From NCBI RefSeq assembly GCF_006345805.1, contig NW_021835214.1:1-44040 (forward strand): a stretch of DNA of 44,040 nt, in the 5' to 3' direction. A model generated the notes under the pieces. The model was not told the origin of the DNA and did no database searches. It saw only the letters and a program-made list of their open reading frames with translations. The position numbers and the translations under genes are program-made. This document shows, in pieces, positions 1 through 12,353 of this stretch (position 1 is the stretch's first letter; each line of letters opens with the position of its first letter). Source of the stretch: Octopus sinensis. Lineage: Eukaryota.

Positions 1-42
1 GGGAGACTGGTACACCTGTATATTTGGTCTGTTTATTTCTAG

Positions 43-187
43 AATCGATTACAGCATGTTTGATTTAGATTTGTCCGACGCCCGTTTCTGCCTCCGAGGA
101 ATCTTTGCTGTTGCGTTCGAAAGTAACCGGATGAAAATTCCTCTGCTGTTGTGCGAAGATGACGTTCACCCGCACGTGAAACACTGA
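43..187 (+). CDS. Candidate 3'-terminal coding exon of an unidentified gene extending left of the window
   Basis: Pyrimidine-rich acceptor gtttatttctAG ends at 42. An open frame follows, IDYSMFDLDLSDARFCLRGIFAVAFESNRMKIPLLLCEDDVHPHVKH, ending in TGA at 185-187. The segment is non-repetitive and richer in GC and CpG than the background. I do not recognise the protein. Confidence 0.35.
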
Positions 188-189
188 GA

Positions 190-527
190 AGCCAGAAGGA
201 GAAGGAGGAGGAGAAGAAGAAGAAGAAGAAGAAGAAGAAGAAGAAGAGGAGGAGGAGAAGAAGAAGAAGAAGAAAAGAAGAAGGAGATGAAGGAGAAGAA
301 GGAGAAGAAGACGAAGAAGAAGTAGAGGGGGAGAAGAAGAAGTAGAAGAAGAAGAAGAAGAAGAAGAAGAAGAAGATGAAGAAGATGAAGAAGAAGAAGA
401 AGATGAAGAAGAAGATGAAGAAGGTGAAGAAGATGAAGAAGAAGAAGCAGAAGAAAAAGAAGAAGAAGAAGAAGAAGAAGAAGAAGAAGAAGAAGAAGAA
501 GAAGAAGAAGAAGAAGAAGAAGAAGAA
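190..527. repeat. (GAA)n microsatellite with GGA/GAT variants
   Basis: About 340 bp of nearly pure purine triplet repeat. Confidence 0.97.
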
Positions 528-542
528 GCGTTTTCTACGATA

Positions 543-746
543 GGTACTAGGGCCTCAAATTTTGAGGGAGTGGGTCAGTCATTTACTTCGATCCCCCAGT
601 GCTCAACTGGTACTTTAATTCATTGACCCCCTAAAGGATGGAAGGGGAAGTCGACTTCGGCGGAATTTGAACTGACAATGTAAAGACGGAGGAAATGCCG
701 ACCAGCATTTCACCCAGTGTGCCGACGAATCTGCCAATCTGCCGCC
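543..746 (-). mobile_element. tRNA-derived SINE family A, diverged copy
   Basis: Reverse-complement match to 23911-24144, including B-box-like gttcaaattccg and the catcc...gtaccagttgagcactggggg body. Confidence 0.8.
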
Positions 747-781
747 AATAATAATAATAATAATAATAATACAATAATAAC

Positions 782-814
<33 letters not shown>

Positions 815-817
<3 letters not shown>

Positions 818-1032
818 CCTTTCTTCTGTAGGTACAAGGCCTGAGGTTTTCGGAGATGGAGGTTGGTCGTTAGCGCCGACCCCAGAACACAACTGGTACT
901 TAATTTACCGATCACGAAAAGATGAAAGGGAAAGTCGTCCTCGGTGGAATTTGAACTCAGAACGTAAAGACGGACGAAATGTACTTCAGCATTTTGTCCG
1001 GCGCGCGAACGATTCTGCCAGCGTACCGCCTC
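815..1032 (-). mobile_element. tRNA-derived SINE family A with (ATT)n tail at 747-815
   Basis: Same head and body as the other family A copies. The 3' end ggccttgtacctacagaagaaagg runs into (att)n. Confidence 0.8.
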
Positions 1033-1081
1033 AGTAGTAGTAGTAGTAATAATAATGATAATAATGATAATAATAATAATG

Positions 1082-1133
<52 letters not shown>

Positions 1134-1362
1134 TAATAATAATAACAATAATGATGATGATTTTTACAAATGGTAATAATGATAATGATAATAACATAGA
1201 TAATGTGTTCGATGTTATCGATTATGTGTCTTCGTAATCATTATTTGTGGTCGTGTTTCTCTCTGTTAAAGATCAATATATGAAGGAAGGCAATCGCAAC
1301 ATTATTCCATTTCGGTTTTCGTCGAAGGTTTTTGTCACCCTTAGCCTACCATAGCAATGAGT

Positions 1363-1411
<49 letters not shown>

Positions 1412-1758
1412 AAGAGAGAAAGGTGGGGGAACAAATATGACGACTTTGAAATTTTCGCTAACCAAACAAACACTTCTCTAAAGGGAAATGTTTTTTACAA
1501 AACAACATCGACAATTTTCGTTACTAGAACCACTGTTTACAGAGAATGGATTAACCAATTTCCATTTATCTTTGAAGCAGGTTTTGTTAGTTCATTGATC
1601 AGTTTTGTAATTAAAAGCAAATTATTTCGAAAAATCTAATTAAAGTCTGTTTTTTTCTTTATCATTATTTTGTTGTATTTTTATTCGCATTATTATTATC
1701 ATTATTATTATTTTTATTATTATAATTATTGTTATTATTTTTGTTATTATTATTGTTA

Positions 1759-1811
<53 letters not shown>

Positions 1812-2579
1812 GTTATTATTATTATTTATGGTATTTTTATTAGCAATGGTGTTAGTATCGTTTTGTTTAGTTAATGCGCGGTAGCTGGAAACAGTTTTTT
1901 GTTTAATTCACATTTTCTGTGTTTGTGTGTGTAAGGTGTGTGTATGAGTGTGTGTGTGTGTGTGTTATAGTTGTCTTTCAAATACGATATCGATCTGGTT
2001 TTTTTATATCATCGCGATGGCTCCAAGTCAGTGTTGTATAAAGGGAATTCTATAGTCGTGTGAACGTCCTTAACATGTAGCTAGTTCAACAGAAGACCGT
2101 TGAAAGAACATCCACGTAGACACTGTTGCTGTTGTTACTGGTGTTGCTGCTACTGGTATCGTTTAATTCCAGCTCAGTCTTCAACGAGAAGACATATTAC
2201 CAAAGACTATCCATCCATGACCATTTCGCCTTTTTCCTATATCTATGGCATCGTGGATCACGTTATCCGGTTTGTCCTATTTATAACAATGGATATCATA
2301 CACTTAAAACTTGTATATATATTTGTGTATCTATTTGTGTATATACATTAAAAATGGTTTGGCTTCTGTTTCTACAATCTTTGTTAAATCCAGAGTTTCT
2401 AATGTTCGATCCAATTCTGTTTTTCTGGTTTGTTTTTTTGATTCATTAGTTTTTTTCTCTGCTAAGTCATGTAAAAGGAAAATGCCCCTAAGCCATTGCA
2501 AGCCCTCGGGATATTTCAGGTAAATACCATTAATATTTTGCTCTATACTGTTGCATGAAGACACTTGCAGGAAAAATAT

Positions 2580-3220
2580 GACGGATAGATAGACATATTT
2601 AGAGAGAGAGAAAGAAAGAGAGAAATAGGGAGAGATATAGATGGATAGATAGGTACATACAGACATACGTACATAAATACACAGCAGAGAGAGAGATGGA
2701 GAGAGAGAAAGAGAGATAGATAGATACATGCATAAATACACAGGCAGAGGGAGAGAAATAGTAAGATAGTGGTCTTTAAGAATATATAGAGTGGGAGAGA
2801 GAGACATGGACAGACAAATAGATATGTAGAAGATAGAGAGACAGACAGGCAGATAGATAGATTGATAGATAGACATATAGACAAAAATACAGGCAGCCAT
2901 GAAGATGAAGGGACACATAAATAGATAAATAGGCAGGTAGGTAGGTAGGTAGGTAGGTAAGAAGGTAGGTATGTAGTTAGATATGTATGTATGTATGTAG
3001 GTAGGTAGGTAGGTAGGTAGGTAGGTAGGTAGGTAAGAAGGTAGGTAAGTAGTTAGATATGTATGTATGTATATAGGTAGGTAGGTAGGTAGGTAGGTAG
3101 GTAGGTAGGTAGGTAGACAAACACAGATAGATAGATAAGTAGATAGATAGATAAATAGATAGGTAGATATATGGATAGATATATAGAAAGACAGACGGAC
3201 AGACAGTTAGGCAGACAGAC

Positions 3221-3307
<87 letters not shown>

Positions 3308-3322
3308 AAGAGAGAGAGAGAG
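2580..3322. repeat. Compound (AGAT)n/(AGGT)n/(AG)n microsatellite
   Basis: Tetranucleotide tracts read directly. Confidence 0.95.
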
Positions 3323-3499
3323 ATACGGATTATGGCTTTGGCTGTTTAGCTGCATATTTCTTGAGGTCAAACAAGACCCTTCAGGCAACACCAAAATCAA
3401 CGACCACAGCGAGGGCAATGAACTAGTCGATACTTTACTGCCCTTCCCCCTTTCGGCATCCACCGGAAACACCTCTGTTTTACTCTTTAATCTTTAATC

Positions 3500-3725
3500 T
3501 TTTACTCTTTAATCTTTAATCTTTTAGCTGGTCCTAGCATTGGATTGCGGCCATGCTGCAGCACCGGCTTCAAGGATTTAGTCGAAGAAATCGTAACCGG
3601 TACTAAGTTTGTTATACTTGATATCGTTCTATCGGTCCCTTTATTCCGAACCGCAAACTCATGGAGACGCAAACAAAGCAGCACCGTTTGTGAAGCGGTG
3701 GTAAGGAACAAACCCGAACACAAAG
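3500..3725 (-). mobile_element. SINE family B 3' module, diverged; followed by (TACA)n at 3730-3932
   Basis: Homologous to 6300-6500 and nearly identical to 8238-8455. Confidence 0.7.
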
Positions 3726-3997
3726 ACTCACACATACAAACATACATACATACACACACACATACATACATACATATACACACACACATACATACATACA
3801 TACATACATACATACATACATAATACACACATACATACATACATACATACACACATACATACATACATACATACATACATACATCATACATACACACACA
3901 CACATACATACATACACACATACATACATATACTAAATGTCCTTCCATTTCAACGGATAAAATTGCTTGGACATTAGATGACCATCCAACCGTAAGA

Positions 3998-4485
3998 TTG
4001 TACTATTCTTTTACCGGCTTCAGTCATTTGACTGCGGCCATGCAGGAGCACCGCCTTTTTTTTCGAACAAATCGCCTCCGGGACATATTCTTTATAAGCT
4101 TAGAACACATTCTACCGGATTTTTTTGCGGAACCGCTAAGTTACGGGTACGTGCACACGCCAATATCGGTCGTCAAGCGGTGGTGGGGGAACACAGACAC
4201 ATAAATACACACACACACACACACACACACATACATATACATATATATATATATTTTCTTTAAGTGAAAAAATTGGTGGATTTTTTCTCTTATGAGGTTT
4301 TTCACGCTAACTACTTCATAAATTCTTATGAATAGTTTATCCTATTTTTAAATTATATATATATATATATATATATATAACGGGAAGCTTTATGCGACGG
4401 ACCTCTTTCAGTTTCCTTCTACCGAATCCACTCACAACGATTTTCTGATGCATGTGATTGGGAAACAATCTTCTTATCACACTGC
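3998..4485 (-). mobile_element. SINE family B (CORE-like head, internal microsatellite, 3' module), decayed
   Basis: 3' module at 3998-4200, (CA)/(TA) repeat in the middle, head remnant ctttcagtttcc..ctaccgaatccactcac at about 4400-4440. Confidence 0.65.
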
Positions 4486-5390
4486 CACTTCTATGTTGCT
4501 ATAACAACGTTAACCGCGATTCAGTTTTAAAATCTCATCTCCTTGTGAAAATTTTCAACAAAATCGAAAGGTTTTAGGAAAAGGTAAATTTAGGCGTTTA
4601 TTATATCGGATACGAATCCAAGAATTATTTTTAAAATCAGGATTTGGAAATCTTTTCGACAATTCATAGGAAAATGTCGTACACTGATGGAAGCCCATGC
4701 TCCTAGCATTTCAAGGGATATTGCACAAAATAGTACTGACGAGAATAACAATTCATTGAAAGTAATTCTGTAAGTTAGTCCTTCATTTTAACAAATATAA
4801 TAGTATTGTCAGAAAATATTAGTACGAATAGGCATGGTTATGTAATAAGAAGTTTGCTGGTGGGAGGATATACATATATACATCTACATGCGTATATATT
4901 TGTCTGTGTTTCTTTCCAACTACATCTTGGCAACCGTTGTTGGTGTATTTGCGTCCCCGTAAGTTAGCCACTTGGCGAAAGGCAGCAATAGTATAAATTC
5001 CAGGTTATAGCAAAAAGTACTGGGGCCGATTCTTTCGACTACAAATTCTTCAAGACGCTGCCTCAACATGGTTACAGTCTATCGCCTGAAACATGTGAAA
5101 TACAAAAATGGAAAAAAGAGAAAGCATTTATTTTAATTGTATAATCGTTTGCTTTTCGTGTATCCTTTGGATACGCAAGAAATAAACAGATATCTGTAAG
5201 TGCTGTGTGGGAGACCAGCATGCCAAAGAATAGACCCAACGTTTCGTCCGCTTGCCCCAAAATGCGACTGAAGGGAGTTAAGGTAAGATTTGCGCTCCAG
5301 CTTCGTAAAACGTTCAACATCTACACCCACGTAAACATACCCAGGTTCTCGCAAAGATATCATACACCAGGAATAAGGAGTCAAGCAACG

Positions 5391-5648
5391 TTGTGTCTGG
5401 GGAGAGTCATTTTCTTTTTGTGCCTTATTATGTAACACACTCACCGGTAAAATTTCCACCTTTTTCTTATTCTTATTTTCGTTGCGACTTGAAACCCTTT
5501 CAATAGTTTTGAGAGTCAAAACTATTGAAAAGTTTGCAAAGACGCAACGAAAATTTTAGGACAATAAAAATAAGAAATGAGTAGAAATTTTCCGGTGAGT
5601 GTGTTTCATAATAATGCACAAAATTAAAATGACTCTCCCCAGACACAA
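5391..5648. repeat. Imperfect fold-back palindrome inside a dispersed repeat
   Basis: Arms 5391-5512 and 5516-5648, with centre ttcaatagttttga-gag-tcaaaactattgaa. A single-arm copy lies at 23401-23535. Confidence 0.9.
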
Positions 5649-6169
5649 AAGAATATGCTTCAACTCACGAACTCATATAATGAATCTTGCAAACCAAATC
5701 CAAAAACGTTGTATCATTTAAGTCCTAAATAATACAACCGTTGCCTGGACGCATAATTACCGGTTTGAAAATATTTTCAGCAACGTTTTAAAGTAAAGTT
5801 TTTAAAATGTACTAAGTTCATCTGGCTGTATTTATTTTGGTTATAAATAAAGCTAGACAATGCCGGATACTGCAGCGAGTGAGTACCAAATACGATTATC
5901 GTTCATCAGGCTGGCATAATACCAGAAATTAATAGCGAATATCATAAAGTGCTTGGCTGAATTGACGCCCAGTAATTGTTTGGTAGTTATTTTGTCGGAG
6001 TCCCCGAAGCATGAAATTATTAATGCCCGGATGTAAACAATGAGAGAAGGTGGATATAATTAAACACCGCTGTCCCAATCAGTACGGCAATCTTAATTAG
6101 TACGAAAGTGAAAATTCTGAGGGTACTTTGAAGTGCTATCTCGGTGGTTCTCAACTGATATCCATATGG

Positions 6170-6890
6170 CCCTCGGAAGGATATGTAACACACTGCCTAA
6201 ATACCAATTTTGAGAAATTAGGATTCTCAAAACCAGAAAGGAGAACGCTAATTCGAAGACTACAGATCCAATCCATCATTGGAACTCTCTTTACTCTCTC
6301 TTTTACTCTTTTAATTGTTTCAGCCATTTGAATGTGGCCATGCTGGAGCACCGCCTTTAGTCGAGCAAATCGACCCCAGGACTTATTCTTTGGAAGCCTA
6401 GTACTTATTCTATCGGTCTCTTTTCCCAAATCGCTAAGTTACGGGGACATAAACACACCAGCATCGATTGTCAAGCAATGTTGGGGGACAAACACAGACA
6501 AACATATACACACACACACATACACACACACTCGCATATGTACATATATATATATATATATATATACGACGGGCTTCTTTCAGTTTCCGTCTACCAAATC
6601 CACTCACAAGGCATTGGTCGGCCCCAAGGTGCCACGAGGTGGGACTGAACCCGGAACCATGTGGTTCGTAAGAAAGCTACTTACCACACGTAAATATATA
6701 TATGAGCATGTCTAGATATGTAACTATATGCATCAGAATACATACATAAAACATACAAATCTGCACATGCATATATACATAGAAAAATATCTTGTTGTTG
6801 TTGAAATTCCAGTGAACCTTGGATCTAGGTTAGAGACCGGTTCTTTCTCTATTGGCAAGAAATCTTGAAATAAACTGCATAATGACATGA
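6170..6890 (+). mobile_element. 3' end of an RLE-type non-LTR retrotransposon, split by a family B SINE
   Basis: GYVTHCLNTNFEKLGFSKPERRTLIRRLQIQSIIGT resembles the LG..I...L..LG....LQ...LGT C-terminus of R4-like ORFs. The putative 3' UTR at 6695-6890 has an older homologue at 7710-7805. Confidence 0.5.
6286..6690 (-). mobile_element. SINE family B, near full length
   Basis: Reverse-complement match to 17481-17890 across head, internal (TA/CA)n and 3' module. Confidence 0.88.
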
Positions 6891-6891
6891 A

Positions 6892-7275
6892 GGCTGCCCC
6901 TCGTTATCAAGTATAGCCATTGCGCGAGGCTTAACTGTTATTGGTGCTGTGATCGAATGTGACTTTTTAGCCCAGCTAAAGACCTACAATGTCTTGTTCA
7001 GAATTGGCACCTAAAGCCTTTTACCGGTAATAGCCGGCTGTAGTTGTAACTGGGCTTCATGTACCATTGCATGTCGTTTAAGTCCTCCTGCCGAATTACA
7101 TTCTCTTCCACATGCGCGACAGATATGATTAGTATGGTGTCTAACACCACCACCAGCGGCCTGGTGGTCAATCATCTGTCTCGCTTTATGACTACGAAGA
7201 TGACACTTGAGTCCAGCTTTACTGAGGCAGGGTCTTGTACAGACACTGCATGTCAGCATCATAGGAATAATGACA
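6892..7275 (-). mobile_element. LINE 3' fragment encoding three C2H2 zinc fingers (RTE-like), decayed
   Basis: CSVCTRPCLSKAGLKCHLRSH and CRACGRECNSAGGLKRHAMVH, then after a frameshift CQF*TRHCRSLAGLKSHIRSQHQ*. A short UTR ending gataacgaggggcagcc resembles RTE 3' ends. Confidence 0.6.
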
Positions 7276-7536
7276 TACATATCTATATACATACATAAAA
7301 CAAAACATACAAATCAACACATATACATACAATCATACACACATACATACACACACATACATACACACATTGATACAGACATACATACATACACACACAT
7401 ACATACATACATACACACACATACATACATACATAAATGCATACATACATACATGCATGCATACATACATACATACATACATACATACATACATACATAC
7501 ATACATACATACATACATACATACATACGTACATAC

Positions 7537-7660
7537 ATTATGGCTGCCCCCTCGTTATCGAGTATGGCCATTGCACGAAGCTTAACTGTTACTGGTGCTG
7601 TGATCGAATGTGACTTTTTAGCCCAGCTAAAGATCTACAATGTCTTGTACAGAATTGGCA
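7537..7660 (-). mobile_element. Second, 5'-truncated copy of the zinc-finger LINE 3' end, with (TATG)n tail
   Basis: About 120-bp direct repeat of 6892-7010. Here the last finger is intact (CQFCTRHCRSLAGLKSHIRSQH). It runs into (TATG)n at 7280-7536. Confidence 0.7.
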
Positions 7661-7809
7661 TACATACACACATACATACATACATACAAACACACACCAC
7701 ACACACACACATGTTGATGTTATTGAAATTGCAATGAAAATCCGGACCCTACATTAGAAATCGGCTCTTTCTCAATTGAGATGAAGTCTTGAAAACAAAC
7801 TACCGACTT

Positions 7810-7972
7810 ACGACCGGCTACTTTCAGTTTCTGCCTAAAAAATCCACTCACAAGGCTTTGATCAGTTCAGTGTATTGTAGAAGACACTAATCTTAGTTGC
7901 TAAGCAGTGGGCTTGAACACGGAATCATGCGCTTGGGAAGCAATTTTCTTACCACAGGGCCACGCCTGCGCA
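7810..7972 (-). mobile_element. SINE family B head, decayed
   Basis: ctttcagtttctgcc...atccactcacaaggcttt...gaagacact match to the family B head. Confidence 0.6.
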
Positions 7973-8237
7973 TATTACAGAAAACTATTTATACAATATT
8001 CATAGCCCAGTTGAAGTGTTATCTTATTAATGGAAGACAAGGAACCGGAAGTCCATCCATAGCTTAATAGGTGACAGTAACAAATTACATTACCGAATCA
8101 AGGAAATTAGGTTATTAATATTATATTATCTTGTTGTGTACTAAATTAATGTTATCACCTGAGTACGAGTGTTCTGCGCGGGGGGGTGCATAATTAAGCA
8201 ATATGGAGAGGAAAACTGGTTGTGTTTCCAGAACAAT

Positions 8238-8455
8238 CTTTAATCTTTTAGCTGTTCCTGGCTTTGGATTGCGGCCAAGCTGCAGCACCGGCTTCAAGGG
8301 TTTAGTCGAAGAAATCGTCACCGGTACTAAGCTTTGTTAAACTTGATATTGTTCTATCGGTCCCTTTATTCCGAACCGCAAACTCATGGAGACGCAAACA
8401 AAGCAGCACCGTTTGTGAAGCGGCGGTAGGGAACAAACCCAAACACAAAGACTCA
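8238..8455 (-). mobile_element. SINE family B 3' module, followed by about 690 bp of (TACA)n at 8455-9140
   Basis: Near-copy of 3500-3725. Confidence 0.7.
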
Positions 8456-8856
8456 CACACACATACATACATACACACACACATACATACATACATATAC
8501 ATACACACATACATACATACATACATACATGCAGACATACATACATACATGCAGACATACATACACACACACGCATACATACACACACATACATACATAC
8601 ATATATATATACACACATACATACACACATACATACATACATATATACACACATACATACATACACACATACATATATACATACACACATGCATACATAC
8701 ATACATACATACATACATACATACACAGATATACACACATACATATATACATACACACATGCATACATACATACATACACAGACATACATACATACACAC
8801 ACATACATACATACATACATACATACATACACACATACATACATACATACATACAT

Positions 8857-8887
<31 letters not shown>

Positions 8888-9476
8888 TACATACATACAT
8901 ACATACATACATACATACATACACACACACATACATACATACATACATACATATATACATACATACATACACATACATACATACATACACACACACACGC
9001 ATACATACATGCATACATACATACATACGTACATACATACATACATGCATACATACATACATACATACATACACACACACACGCATACATACATGCATAC
9101 ATACATACATATACACATACATATATATATATATACATACAATTACTCACGCAAACACACACATAAATATAGTGTGTGTACGTGAATTTGAATTGTAGCT
9201 TTAGATGTATATTTCTGTGCATATGTATGTATGAGCGTGCGTGTGTGTGCATGTGTGTGTGTGTGGTTTCTTTTTTATTTCTCTCGTTCTTTCCGAAAAT
9301 TTCATGTCTCGTGCTTTTAGGTGAAATTAATTTTTATCATCCTTTATGTATTTCTTTTGAAAGATCCCTGATTTGAAATCCTTTTCAAGCAGACATTGCC
9401 ATATTTGGGGACGGTCATATTTTTGGCCAGTTAACCACCCGCACTATATACTCGTTATCCACTTCACCTTATTATT

Positions 9477-10010
9477 GAGTGAGAGAGCAGTGCATGCCAT
9501 CAAAGTGACACTGGGGTAAAATATACGAAGCCCAGTATACCCATCATGACTTCCCGTCTAATAAGGGTACACCAGGCAGATGTATCACAACCTTATGTGC
9601 ACGATATGGTGCAAGAAAAAAAGTACATGACCTTGCAGGTGGGGGCCCAGTTAGAATTTTCTTCTGGTCGAGTAGCCCATCCCTCTCAAAAGGTCCCTGA
9701 ATAAGGATAGTTTAAGGTTGTTGAACGAAACACTCATGTTTCCAAAGGTGAATTTCTCAAACCCCAAAGAATCCCTCTCAACACATGGCTATGATGCTCC
9801 TCCACTACTTCTGCTCATGATCAGAGATGCACAAATCGTCAGCCACTAAAGGACATGCTCAACTGGTTAAGGTCAAACAACTGACAAGCAAATCTGTGGT
9901 ATTGAGTAAAATATTGGCAAAACAAGGCAAAACAATGTACATGATAACATTTCCAATCAGTTAAGATCAGAGGCCATTAGACCCACTGTCTGGTACTGTA
10001 TCAGGGTATT
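9477..10010 (-). mobile_element. About 530-bp TAA-tract-associated retroelement, copy 1
   Basis: Matches 10999-11554 end to end and 41306-41817 in the opposite orientation. Both ends abut TTA repeats. Confidence 0.85.
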
Positions 10011-10011
10011 T

Positions 10012-10074
<63 letters not shown>

Positions 10075-10174
10075 GAGTGAGAGAGCAGTTCATGCCATCA
10101 AAGTGACACTGGGGTAAAATATACGAAGCCCAGTATACCCCTCATGACTACCCGTCTGATAAGGGTACACCAGG

Positions 10175-10235
<61 letters not shown>

Positions 10236-10266
10236 GTCATTATTATTATTCTCATCATCATCATCA

Positions 10267-10318
<52 letters not shown>

Positions 10319-10370
10319 CATCATTATTGACATGAGGACCACTGCCTGCGACTGCATCAGGGCATTCATT
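10075..10370 (-). mobile_element. Fragments of the same element: 3' end at 10075-10176, 5' end at 10330-10370, separated by (TTA)n
   Basis: gagtgagagagcag...gtacaccaggca and ccactgcctgcgactgcatcagggcatt match the two termini. Confidence 0.75.
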
Positions 10371-10379
10371 TTTAGTAGC

Positions 10380-10443
<64 letters not shown>

Positions 10444-10727
10444 TAGTGTGGTCTCTTTGTTTTATATGATCTATCCAATGTCTTACCCCATCCCCCATCT
10501 CAACTAACAGCCAATTCGCCGCCGCCGCTTTTCTGCTGTAGGCGTTATTTATGAGAAGCCATGATGTATTGCAAGGTTAGAAGTCCAAGAACTGAGAATG
10601 AAATGTTTGTTAAAAGTTTTTTTTTAAGATTTCCAATTGTGATAGAATTTAAAAATGTCGGATATTCTAAGAATGTTCATAGCACCCGTGAGATCAAAAA
10701 TTTTGTCTCTGGTTCTGTTATTTTTAC

Positions 10728-10807
<80 letters not shown>

Positions 10808-10998
10808 CAATATTATTAGTATTATTATTATTAGTAGTAGTAGTAGTAGTAGTAAGTAGTAAGTAGTAGTAGTATTATAATCGTTATTATTTATTATCAT
10901 CATCATCATCATCATCATCGTTGTCATCATCATCATCATCATCATCATTATTATTTTATTATTATTATTATTATTATTATATTATTATTATTATTATT

Positions 10999-11551
10999 GA
11001 GGAGAGCAGTGCATGCCATCAAAGTGACACTGGGGTAAAAATATATGAAGCCCAAATACCCCTCATGACTACCCGTCTGATAAAGGTACACGGCACATGT
11101 ATCACACACAACATGTGCGCGACACTGGTGATCTTATATCAAGATAAACAGCGCATGACCTTGCAGGTGGGGGCCCAGTTAGAATTTTCTTCAGGTTGAG
11201 TAGCCCATCCCGCTCAAACGGTCCCTGAATAAGGTTGCTTAAGGATTTTGAAAGAACCACCCCATGTTTTCCAGAGGTGACTATTCATTCAAACCCCAAG
11301 AATCCCTCTCAACACATGGCTATGATGCTCCCCCACTACTTCTGCTCGTGGTCAGAGATGTCATATCGTCAGCCAACTAAGGACATGCTCAACTGGTTAA
11401 GGTCAAACAACTGACAGGCAAATCTGTGGTATTGAGCGAATATTTGCTGTAGCCCATCTTTTATACCAAGACAAAACAATGTACATGATAACACTTCTAA
11501 TCAGTTAAGATCAGAAGCCACGAAGGCCACTGCCTGGTACTGCATCAGGGC

Positions 11552-11554
<3 letters not shown>
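10999..11554 (-). mobile_element. About 530-bp TAA-tract-associated retroelement, full copy
   Basis: Same two termini as copy 1, flanked by (TTA)n on both sides. Confidence 0.85.
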
Positions 11555-11585
<31 letters not shown>

Positions 11586-11637
11586 ATTATTATTATTATA
11601 TTATTATTATTACTATCACTATTTTTATCCTATCTCC

Positions 11638-11750
11638 ATTTTATATCCTTTCCGGGTTGATTCAATAAGTACCAGTTGAGCCTGGGGTTGATGTAATCGA
11701 CTTACATCCCCCGCCCCCGAAATTGCTGGCCTTGTGCATAAATTATGAAA
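11638..11750 (+). mobile_element. SINE family A body/3' fragment
   Basis: atcctttccgggttgattcaataagtaccagttgagcctggggttgatgtaatcgactt. Confidence 0.7.
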
Positions 11751-11789
11751 ATCATCGTTATTATTGTTCTTATTGTTGCTTTTCTTATT

Positions 11790-12353
11790 GTTGTTATTTT
11801 GTTGTTGTTGTGAGCTGTTGCTGTTGCTGTGAGCGAACAGTCTTCGTACCAAGAGCTCGCAAGATGGGAAAGTCCGAAACATGGTCCTTTGCTATTCGTA
11901 AGGCCCGCAGAAGAGAAGCAGGTCACCCCCGACCCGAAAGCATCGCCGGATGGATGAATGCACATCCAGGCTCAGCGTTGCGTAGGCAGTCGGGACAAGA
12001 AACCGGAATAAAGAGTGAGAGAAGTTGGAGCGAAAGAGTACAACAGGGGTCGCCCCCCCCCACCCCTGCCGGAGCCTCGTAGAGCTTTAGGTGTTTTCGC
12101 TCAATAACACACAAACGCCCTAACCAGGCTCAAGTGGTTGCGTAGGAAGTCGGGGACAAGAAACCGGAAGATACAGTGAGAGAAAGTTAGGTCGAAAGAG
12201 TACAACAGAGGTCGCCACCACCCCCTGCCGGAGCCTCGTTGAGCTTTAGGTGTTTTCGCTCAATAAACACACTCAACGCCCGGTCCGGGAATCAAAACCG
12301 CTATCCCCTGACCGCGAGTCTGCTGCCCAAACCATTGGGCCATTGCGCTTCCT
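11790..12353 (-). mobile_element. SINE family C, two tandem copies
   Basis: 11990-12120 duplicates 12140-12275. tRNA-like head at 12280-12353 matches 42810-42883. Confidence 0.8.

Noticed and set aside
1274-1355. DQYMKEGNRNIIPFRFSSK after an AG, reminiscent of Ras DQYM
   Set aside because: Similarity stops after 4-5 residues, the frame closes quickly and the donor is poor.
7011-7292. C2H2 ORF as a host zinc-finger gene (octopus has a large C2H2 expansion)
   Set aside because: There are no TGEKP linkers, there is a frameshift and stop, and its 3' end is duplicated with a retroposon-like tail.
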